Shown one piece after another: positions 35,401 through 45,674 of a DNA stretch of 53,292 nt; within the stretch, counting starts at the first letter, position 1; each line of letters opens with the position of its first letter. The notes under the pieces are model-generated. The model was not told the DNA's origin and searched no databases. It saw only the letters and a program-made list of their open reading frames with translations. The stretch comes from Nemertoderma westbladi (lineage: Eukaryota > Animalia > Xenacoelomorpha): NCBI GenBank assembly GCA_032718475.1, contig JAUCBJ010007193.1, positions 1 through 53,292 of the forward strand. The letters run 5' to 3'. A program made the translations under genes and the position numbers.

Positions 35401-38400
35401 AGCAATCAGTTAGGTGAGATGGTTCGGGTGTTAGCAATCAGTTAGGTGAGATGGTTCGGGTGTTAGCAATCAGTTAGGTGAGATGGTTCGGGTGTTAGCA
35501 ATCAGTTAGGTGAGATGGTTCGGGTGTTAGCAATCAGTTAGGTGAGATGGTTCGGGTGTTAGCAATCAGTTAGGTGAGATGGTTCGGGTGTTAGCAATCA
35601 GTTAGGTGAGATGGTTCGGGTGTTAGCAATCAGTTAGGTGAGATGGTTCGGGTGTTAGCAATCAGTTAGGTGAGATGGTTCGGGTGTTAGCAATCAGTTA
35701 GGTGAGATGGTTCGGGTGTTAGCAATCAGTTAGGTGAGATGGTTCGGGTGTTAGCAATCAGTTAGGTGAGATGGTTCGGGTGTTAGCAATCAGTTAGGTG
35801 AGACGGTTCGGGTGTTAGCAATCAGTTAGGTGAGATGGTTCGGGTGTTAGCAATCAGTTAGGTGAGACGGTTCGGGTGTTAGCAATCAGTTAGGAGAGAT
35901 GGTTCGGGTGTTAGCAATCAGTTAGGTGAGATGGTTCGGGTGTTAGCAATCAGTTAGGTGAGATGGTTCGGGTGTTAGCAATCAGTTAGGTGAGATGGTT
36001 CGGGTGTTAGCAATCAGTTAGGTGAGATGGTTCGGGTGTTAGCAATCAGTTAGGTGAGATGGTTCGGGTGTTAGCAATCAGTTAGGTGAGATGGTTCGGG
36101 TGTTAGCAATCAGTTAGGTGAGATGGTTCGGGTGTTAGCAATCAGTTAGGTGAGATGGTTCGGGTGTTAGCAATCAGTTAGGTGAGATGGTTCGGGTGTT
36201 AGCAATCAGTTAGGTGAGATGGTTCGGGTGTTAGCAATCAGTTAGGTGAGATGGTTCGGGTGTTAGCAATCAGTTAGGTGAGATGGTTCGGGTGTTAGCA
36301 ATCAGTTAGGTGAGATGGTTCGGGTGTTAGCAATCAGTTAGGTGAGATGGTTCGGGTGTTAGCAATCAGTTAGGTGAGATGGTTCGGGTGTTAGCAATCA
36401 GTTAGGTGAGATGGTTCGGGTGTTAGCAATCAGTTAGGTGAGATGGTTCGGGTGTTAGCAATCAGTTAGGTGAGATGGTTCGGGTGTTAGCAATCAGTTA
36501 GGTGAGATGGTTCGGGTGTTAGCAATCAGTTAGGTGAGATGGTTCGGGTGTTAGCAATCAGTTAGGTGAGATGGTTCGGGTGTTAGCAATCAGTTAGGTG
36601 AGATGGTTCGGGTGTTAGCAATCAGTTAGGTGAGATGGTTCGGGTGTTAGCAATCAGTTAGGTGAGATGGTTCGGGTGTTAGCAATCAGTTAGGTGAGAT
36701 GGTTCGGGTGTTAGCAATCAGTTAGGTGAGACGGTTCGGGTGTTACCAATCAGTTAGGTTAGACGGTTCGGGTGTTAGCAATCAGTTAGGTGAGATGGTT
36801 CGGGTGTTAGCAATCAGTTAGGTGAGATGGTTCGGTTGTTACCAATCAGTTAGGTAGGAGAGACGGTTCGGGTGTTAGCAATCAGTTAGGTGAGACGGTT
36901 CGGGTGTTAGCAATCAGTTAGGTGAGACGGTTCGGGTGTTACCAATCAGTTAGGTTAGACGGTTCGGGTGTTAGCAATCAGTTAGGTGAGATGGTTCGGG
37001 TGTTAGCAATCAGTTAGGTGAGGCGGTTCGGGTGTTAGCAATCAGATAGGTTAGACGGTTCGGGTGTTAGCAATCAGTTAGGTGAGATGGTTCGGGTGTT
37101 AGCAATCAGTTAGGTGAGATGGTTCGGGTGTTAGCAATCAGTTAGGTGAGATGGTTCGGGTGTTAGCAATCAGTTAGGTGAGATGGTTCGGGTGTTAGCA
37201 ATCAGTTAGGTGAGATGGTTCGGGTGTTAGCAATCAGTTAGGTGAGATGGTTCGGGTGTTAGCAATCAGTTAGGTGAGATGGTTCGGGTGTTAGCAATCA
37301 GTTAGGTGAGATGGTTCGGGTGTTAGCAATCAGTTAGGTGAGATGGTTCGGGTGTTAGCAATCAGTTAGGTGAGATGGTTCGGGTGTTAGCAATCAGTTA
37401 GGTGAGACGGTTCGGGTGTTAGCAACCAGTTAGGTTAGATGGTTCGGGTGTTAGCAATCAGTTAGGTGAGACGGTTCGGGTGTTAACAATCAGTTAGGAG
37501 AGATGGTTCGGGTGTTAGCAATCAGTTAGGTGAGATGGTTCGGGTGTTAGCAATCAGTTAGGAAGATGGTTCGGGTGTTAGCAATCAGTTAGGTGAGATG
37601 GTTCGGGTGTTAGCAATCAGTTAGGTGAGATGGTTCGGGTGTTAGCAATCAGTTAGGTGAGACGGTTCGGGTGTTAGCAATCAGTTAGATGAGATGGTTC
37701 GGGTGTTAGCAATCAGTTAGGTGAGACGGTTCGGGTGTTAGCAATCAGTTAGGTGAGATGGTTCGGGTGTTAGCAATCAGTTAGGTGAGATGGTCCGGTT
37801 CGGGTGTTAGCAATCAGTTAGGTGAGACGGTTCGGGCGTTAGCAATCAGTTAGGTGAGATGGTTCGGGTGTTAGCAATCAGTTAGGTGAGATGGTTCGGG
37901 TGTTAGCAATCAGTTAGGTGAGACGGTTCGGGTGTTAGCAATCAGTTAGGTGAGATGGTTCGGGTGTTAGCAATCAGTTAGATGAGATGGTTCGGGTGTT
38001 AGCAATCAGTTAGGTGAGACGGTTCGGGTGTTAGCAATCAGTTAGGAGAGATGGTTCGGGTGTTAGCAATCAGTTAGGTGAGACGGTTCGGGTGTTAGCA
38101 ATCAGTTAGGTGAGATGGTTCGGGTGTTAGCAATCAGTTAGGTGAGATGGTTCGGGTGTCAGCAATCAGTTAGGAGAGACGGTTCGGGTGTCAGCAATCA
38201 GTTAGGAGAGACGGTTCGGGTGTTAGCAATCAGTTAGGTGAGATGGTTCGGGTGTTAGCAATCAGTTAGGTGAGATGGTTCGGGTGTTAGCAATCAGTTA
38301 GGTGAGATGGTTCGGGTGTTAGCAATAAGTTAGGTTAGATGGTTCGGGTGTCAGCAATCAGTTAGGAGAGACGGTTCGGGTGTTAGCAATCAGTTAGGTG

Positions 38401-41400
38401 AGATGGTTCGGGTGTTAGCAATCAGTTAGGTGAGATGGTTCGGGTGTTAGCAATCAGTTAGGTGAGATGGTTCGGGTGTTAGCAATCAGTTAGGAGAGAT
38501 GGTTCGGGTGTTAGCAATCAGTTAGGTGAGATGGTTCGGGTGTTAGCAATCAGTTAGGTGAGATGGTTCGGGTGTTAGCAATCAGTTAGGAGAGATGGTT
38601 CGGGTGTTAGCAATCAGTTAGGTGAGACGGTTCGGGTGTTACCAATCAGTTAGGTGAGATGGTTCGGGTGTTAGCAATCAGTTAGGTGAGATGGTTCGGG
38701 TGTTAGCAATCAGTTAGGTGAGATGGTTCGGGTGTTAGCAATCAGTTAGGAGAGATGGTTCGGGTGTTAGCAATCAGTTAGGTGAGACGGTTCGGGTGTT
38801 AGCAATCAGTTAGGTGAGATGGTTCGGGTGTTAGCAATCAGTTAGGTGAGATGGTTCGGGTGTTAGCAATCAGTTAGGTTAGATGGTTCGGGTGTCAGCA
38901 ATCAGTTAGGTTAGATGGTTCGGGTGTCAGCAATCAGTTAGGAGAGACGGTTCGGGTGTTAGCAATCAGTTAGGTGAGATGGTTCGGGTGTTAGCAATCA
39001 GTTAGGTGAGATGGTTCGGGTGTTAGCAATCAGTTAGGAGAGACGGTTCGGGTGTTAGCAATCAGTTAGGTGAGATGGTTCGGGTGTTAGCAATCAGTTA
39101 GGTGAGATGGTTCGGGTGTTAGCAATCAGTTAGGTGAGATGGTTCGGGTGTTAGCAATCAGTTAGGAGAGACGGTTCGGGTGTTAGCAATCAGTTAAGTG
39201 AGACGGTTCGGGTGTTAGCAATTAGTTAGGTGAGATGGTTCGGGTGTTAGCAATCAGTTAGGTGAGATGGTTCGGGTGTTAGCAATCAGTTAGGAGAGAT
39301 GGTTCGGGTGTTAGCAATCAGTTAGGTGTGACGGTTCGGGTGTTAGCAATCAGTTAGGTGAGATGGTTCGGGTGTTAGCAATCAGTTAGGTGAGGCGGTT
39401 CGGGTGTTAGCAATCAGTTAGGTGAGATGGTTCGGGTGTTACCAATCAGTTAGGTTAGACGGTTCGGGTGTTAGCAATCAGTTAGGTGAGATGGTTCGGG
39501 TGTTAGCAATCAGTTAGGTGAGATGGTTCGGGTGTTAGCAATCAGTTAGGTGAGACGGTTCGGGTGTTACCAATCAGTTAGGTTAGACGGTTCGGGTGTT
39601 AGCAATCAGTTAGGTGAGATGGTTCGGGTGTTAGCAATCAGTTAGGTGAGATGGTTCGGGTGTTACCAATCAGTTAGGTAGGAGAGACGGTTCGGGTGTT
39701 AGCAATCAGTTAGGTGAGACGGTTCGGGTGTTAGCAATCAGTTAGGTGAGATGGTTCGGGTGTTAGCAATCAGTTAGGTGAGATGGTTCGGGTGTTAGCA
39801 ATCAGTTAGGTGAGACGGTTCGGGTGTTAGCAATCAGTTAGGTGAGATGGTTCGGGTGTTAGCAATCAGTTAGGTGAGATGGTTCGGGTGTTAGCAATCA
39901 GTTAGGTGAGACGGTTCGGGTGTTAGCAATCAGTTAGGTGAGATGGTTCGGGTGTTAGCAATCAGTTAGGTGAGACGGTTCGGGTGTTAGCAATCAGTTA
40001 GGTGAGATGGTTCGGGTGTTAGCAATCAGTTAGGTGAGATGGTTCGGGTGTTAGCAATCAGTTAGGTGAGATGGTTCGGGTGTTAGCAATCAGTTAGGTG
40101 AGATGGTTCGGGTGTTAGCAATCAGTTAGGTGAGACGGTTCGGGTGTTACCAATCAGTTAGGTAGGAGAGACAGTTCGGGTGTTAGCAATCAGTTAGGTG
40201 AGACGGTTCGGGTGTTAGCAATCAGTTAGGTGAGATGGTTCGGGTGTTAGCAATCAGTTAGGTGAGATGGTTCGGGTGTTAGCAATCAGTTAGGTGAGAC
40301 GGTTCGGGTGTTAGCAATCAGTTAGGTGAGACGGTTCGGGTGTTAGCAATCAGTTAGGTGAGATGGTTCGGGTGTTAGCAATCAGTTAGGTTAGATGGTT
40401 CGGGTGTTAGCAATCAGTTAGGTGAGATGGTTCGGGTGTTAGCAATCAGTTAGGTGAGACGGTTCGGGTGTTAGCAATCAGTTAGGTGAGATGGTTCGGG
40501 TGTTAGCAATCAGTTAGGTGAGATGGTTCGGGTGTTAGCAATCAGTTAGGTGAGATGGTTCGGGTGTTACCAATCAGTTAGGTAGGAGAGACGGTTCGGG
40601 TGTTAGCAATCAGTTAGGTGAGATGGTTCGGGTGTTAGCAATCAGTTAGGTGAGATGGTTCGGGTGTTAGCAATAAGTTAGGTTAGATGGTTCGGGTGTC
40701 AGCAATCAGTTAGGAGAGACGGTTCGGGTGTTAGCAATCAGTTAGGTGAGATGGTTCGGGTGTTAGCAATCAGTTAGGTGAGATGGTTCGGGTGTTAGCA
40801 ATCAGTTAGGAGAGACGGTTCGGGTGTTAGCAATCAGTTAGGTGAGATGGTTCGGGTGTTAGCAATCAGTTAGGTGAGATGGTTCGGGTGTTAGCAATCA
40901 GTTAGGAGAGACGGTTCGGGTGTTAGCAATCAGTTAGGTGAGATGGTTCGGGTGTTAGCAATCAGTTAGGTGAGATGGTTCGGGTGTTAGCAATCAGTTA
41001 GGTGAGATGGTTCGGGTGTTAGCAATAAGTTAGGTTAGATGGTTCGGGTGTCAGCAATCAGTTAGGAGAGACGGTTCGGGTGTTAGCAATCAGTTAGGTG
41101 AGATGGTTCGGGTGTTAGCAATCAGTTAGGTGAGATGGTTCGGGTGTTAGCAATCAGTTAGGTGAGATGGTTCGGGTGTTACCAATCAGTTAGGTAGGAG
41201 AGACGGTTCGGGTGTTAGCAATCAGTTAGGTGAGATGGTTCGGGTGTTAGCAATCAGTTAGGTGAGATGGTTCGGGTGTTAGCAATCAGTTAGGTGAGAT
41301 GGTTCGGGTGTTAGCAATCAGTTAGGTGAGATGGTTCGGGTGTTAGCAATCAGTTAGGTGAGATGGTTCGGGTGTTAGCAATCAGTTAGGAGAGACGGTT

Positions 41401-42949
41401 CGGGTGTTAGCAATCAGTTAGGTGAGATGGTTCGGGTGTTAGCAATCAGTTAGGTGAGATGGTTCGGGTGTTAGCAATCAGTTAGGTGAGACAGTTCGGG
41501 TGTTAGCAATCAGTTAGGTGAGTTGGTTCGGGTGTTAGCAATCAGTTAGGAGAGATGGTTCGGGTGTTAGCAATCAGTTAGGTGAGATGGTTCGGGTGTT
41601 AGCAATCAGTTAGGAGAGACGGTTCGGGTGTTAGCAATCAGTTAGGTGAGATGGTTCGGGTGTTAGCAATCAGTTAAGTGAGACGGTTCGGGTGTTAGCA
41701 ATCAGTTAGGTGAGATGGTTCGGGTGTTAGCAATCAGTTAGGTGAGATGGTTCGGGTGTTAGCAATCAGTTAGGAGAGATGGTTCGGGTGTTAGCAATCA
41801 GTTAGGTTAGACGGTTCGGGTGTTAGCAATCAGTTAGGTGAGACGGTTCGGGTGTTAGCAATCAGTTAGGTGAGACGGTTCGGGTGTTAGCAATCAGTTA
41901 GGTGAGACGGTTCGGGTGTTAGCAATCAGTTAGGTGAGACGGTTCGGGTGTTAGCAATCAGTTAGGTGAGACGGTTCGGGTGTTAGCAATCAGTTAGGTG
42001 AGACGGTTCGGGTGTTAGCAATCAGTTAGGTGAGACGGTTCGGGTGTTAGCAATCAGTTAGGTGAGACGGTTCGGGTGTTAGCAATCAGTTAGGTGAGAT
42101 GGTTCGGGTGTTAGCAATCAGTTAGGAGAGATGGTTCGGGTGTTAGCAATCAGTTAGGTTAGACGGTTCGGGTGTTAGCAATCAGTTAGGTGAGATGGTT
42201 CGGGTGTTAGCAATCAGTTAGGTGAGACGGTTCGGGTGTTAGCAATCAGTTAGGTGAGACGGTTCGGGTGTTAGCAATCAGTTAGGTGAGACGGTTCGGG
42301 TGTTAGCAATCAGTTAGGTGAGACGGTTCGGGTGTTACCAATCAGTTAGGTGAGATGGTTCGGGTGTTAGCAATCAGTTAGGTGAGATGGTTCGGGTGTT
42401 AGCAATCAGTTAGGTGAGATGGTTCGGGTGTTAGCAATCAGTTAGGTGAGATGGTTCGGGTGTTAGCAATCAGTTAGGTGAGACGGTTCGGGTGTTACCA
42501 ATCAGTTAGGTAGGAGAGACAGTTCGGGTGTTAGCAATCAGTTAGGTGAGACGGTTCGGGTGTTAGCAATCAGTTAGGTGAGATGGTTCGGGTGTTAGCA
42601 ATCAGTTAGGTGAGATGGTTCGGGTGTTAGCAATCAGTTAGGTGAGACGGTTCGGGTGTTAGCAATCAGTTAGGTGAGACGGTTCGGGTGTTAGCAATCA
42701 GTTAGGTGAGACGGTTCGGGTGTTAGCAATCAGTTAGGTGAGATGGTTCGGGTGTTAGCAATCAGTTAGGTGAGATGGTTCGGGTGTTACCAATCAGTTA
42801 GGTAGGAGAGACAGTTCGGGTGTTAGCAATCAGTTAGGTGAGATGGTTCGGGTGTTAGCAATCAGTTAGGTGAGATGGTTCGGGTGTTAGCAATCAGTTA
42901 GGTGAGACGGTTCGGGTGTTAGCAATCAGTTAGGTGAGATGGTTCGGGT
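26486..42949. repeat. 32-bp satellite array, ~16.4 kb (~510 units)
   Basis: Unit GTTAGGTGAGATGGTTCGGGTGTTAGCAATCA; highly homogeneous and uninterrupted. Confidence 0.99.
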
Positions 42950-43075
42950 ATAGAATTATATTCCCTAAATGCCGTGGATTTTCAAAATTTTATTTTATTC
43001 GGATTAACTTTGTAAAAGATTGCTTTGAGTTCTCATTCGTATTGGTTCTATCATTTGTGCATCTATCGGTCAAGT

Positions 43076-43150
43076 GGTTCAGTAGCTCAGTTGGTAGAGC
43101 GTTGGAAATTATATGTGTAGTAGGTATCGAGTTCGAATCCTAGTAAGTGC
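43076..43150 (+). pseudogene. tRNA-derived sequence with intact A and B boxes
   Basis: TAGCTCAGTTGGTAGAGC (perfect D-arm) and GAGTTCGAATCC. The acceptor and anticodon stems do not pair. Confidence 0.7.
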
Positions 43151-43318
43151 GAATTATTTTTTGTGCAGAATTTCAACTCATTTAAATTAACCGCTACAAA
43201 TTAATTGCATTTGTCTGTACCAATGAGACTGTAGTTATTTGATTGTAACCAATGTCGTGCAAGTTATATATTAGCTGGACCAATAGCTATCTTTAAAACC
43301 TTGTTAGAACCCATAGAA

Positions 43319-43367
43319 CAATCGAGAATTTTCTCGATTGATTGCGGCACAAATTTAGTATATAAAG
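43319..43367 (+). promoter_or_regulatory. Heat-shock-element palindrome plus TATA box
   Basis: CGAGAATTTTCTCG (43323-43336) fits CnnGAAnnTTCnnG within a 22-bp inverted repeat, about 20 bp upstream of TATATAAA. Confidence 0.6.
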
Positions 43368-45674
43368 GTGCGATTTCGTTCATTAGTTCACTACTTCTCT
43401 CAATCTATCCATCATTCACTTTCTGTCTTATTTCAGATTACATTGTTTATTGTATAATAGTTATTATATCTTTTGTAATAAAAGTCAGAAATACTAGTCA
43501 CATCTCAGCCCTTTTCTATCTGTTTTACTATGGTTTCACTACGGTGAACAAACTCAGGGACAGGATGGCCGGCTAGAGATCGGGCCGCAGCAATGAACGG
43601 GAACATCACGGGAATGTAGACGAGAGACAACCCGCAATACCATTTAGAGTTATTCGCCCATCGCCTGAAAGGTTAGACAGCGTTCGATCCTTGCTACCTA
43701 AGTGTAAGACCAAAAGATCAAAAGGTAGACGTAGTGACACGCTGTAAGCCCAAAATTACATCATAGGGACTGTACTGTCTTGATTCAGGAAAAACCCACA
43801 GTAGACCTTCATATTCCTACGGGGGGGAGGGAGAGAGAGCAGATACTAGTGCGCAGATAGGACGTAGGCACACCGGTACAAGGCATACACATTGGTTAGG
43901 GTGCAGCAAACTGTACGCTTAACTCTTGCTAAGTACAGGTGTGTGTGCGACTATTTGCAGTACGACAGTGTCCATTACATCAGAACTTGTAGGCTAGGGG
44001 GTTGCTGTGTTTTCACCTGAATTGGGATTGTACCGTTCAGGCGGTAGGGCAGTTTACACTAGGCGCAAATAAATTGAGGCTATCAGGGATATACTAACAT
44101 CTACCGTGTCCCCGCCAACGCCCTAATAGGAAGTTACCCGGACTACCTGGGTGACTAAAATTCTAGATAGGAGCCAGGATAGCTATTAGTACCCGTACGC
44201 CTACAGTAGTAAACTAACACATCTCTTCTTAGTATCAGGGACCTGGTACCTAAAATTGCCGAATTCTGGGCGTAGTATTAACTTTATGCCTGAATTTGAG
44301 TCCTGGAAATACGCAAGAGGGGAAGGAACCTTACCATTCGTGAGTATTGGACCTACAAGTTACAAAATTAGAATATTCGTAAATGCACACCGTACCCAGT
44401 AATTATATATGTGAAGGAGCAAAACTGTTTTTGACCGTTCAGAATTAACACACGCGCGTTAGAAATTATTTACACCTCAAAATATATAAAATTAACTTTG
44501 TCCGTACTGTGCTTTGCCCGCTAGTTAGACATCTCCAAATATCTGCCTCTGTACCTAGCTAGCGTCCCTTTGCCCAACCATATAAATCACACCGCGGCAA
44601 GGTATACGAGCCTCTTAGTCCGCCAGTGAGTCAGCCTGATTTTAGGATTCGCTGCGCGGGATTTGTTTTATCGAAGTTTGTCTGCTCGTAGACTGTTTTC
44701 TGCCTCACCGGTTATAAGAGATCGATACTGCAATATATTCGCTTACTTAGGGTTTACTGTTTTGGTGAGAAGGTCGGATTTATGATTTGATTTACAAACT
44801 TTACAGTAGGATATTGCAGGTATTGTTACCGTCTTTCCGCATAGTAGGAATAGGCGTATCTCTTCCAATAGTAGGAATATGTTTTACTGAACTACGGTTC
44901 GGTAGGACTAAAGTTTTTTGAAAAATTTGTATTTTGAGGTAAAATTTGTATTTGATTAGCTAAGTGCTAATATTTTGAAATAAAATTTGATTTGAACCGC
45001 GTGTAATATTTTTGGAATTGAATACCGGTGTTTAAAAGGGTTTAAATACCATATTGTACCGGTACAAAATTTTCGTAAAGTAAAACCTAACTCTTTTGTT
45101 TTTTCAGGATTCAGAACTCATTTCTAGGCTGTAACGGGAGCAAGACCGTGTTTAGCAAGTTTGGGAGATAGATAACTCAACAACTTTGGTTGGGAAAATC
45201 GCGTTTCGTCCGCAACGTTAAAAACGGAAAGGTTCACGTTCGGTTTGTATCTGGGCATCTGTTTTTCTGGAGAATTATTGGAGTGGGTGAGTTCGAAAAG
45301 TTGCATAAATAAGTTAGGCATTACCGTATTAGTTAAAATTATTGTGGGTTCCACTGTCTCAAGTATTTATGCATTCCGTATGATTTCTTTGTTCATTGCT
45401 GAATTAGTCCGTATTATTGTATTTAATTTACCTTTTGATAACGCATATCGTTATCCGATTTATTTGTTATAAAATTGGCCGCTAGGCTAATTTTATTATA
45501 TACTTATTCCATGACATTTATTTGCTGTAAAATTGGCCGTTTAGGCTAATTTTATCCATCTGCTATAAAATCGGCCGGTAGGCTAATTTTATAAGACTGT
45601 AATTAGTACCGTTTAGATAAATACGGTAAACTCGATACTTTGACACTCACTTTACTTGACTTACAACTACCGAA

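Larger units (their letters stand above)
43026..43556 (+). repeat. Putative 5' LTR of the BEL/Pao element (boundaries inferred)
   Basis: 6-bp terminal inverted repeat TGAGTT...AACTCA, three CCAAT boxes, TATATAAA at 43359 and AATAAA at 43477. The partner LTR is outside the window. Confidence 0.6.

Noticed and set aside
26486-42949. CENP-B box, Pol III B-box or true telomere in the 32-mer
   Set aside because: Only TTCG/GGTTCG cores match, and the array is interstitial rather than a simple telomerase repeat.
25405-42976. TIR pair enclosing both arrays (ACGGC...TTTAGCGAAT versus ATTCCCTAAATGCCGT)
   Set aside because: The similarity is gapped and short and no TSD was found; too weak to call.
43076-43150. 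Functional tRNA gene
   Set aside because: The acceptor, anticodon and T stems do not pair.
43531-43549. TGGTTTCACTACGG as a canonical tRNA PBS
   Set aside because: It is preceded by TA rather than CA, I recognise no matching tRNA 3' end, and it folds as a cUACGg hairpin probably within U5. Not fully excluded.
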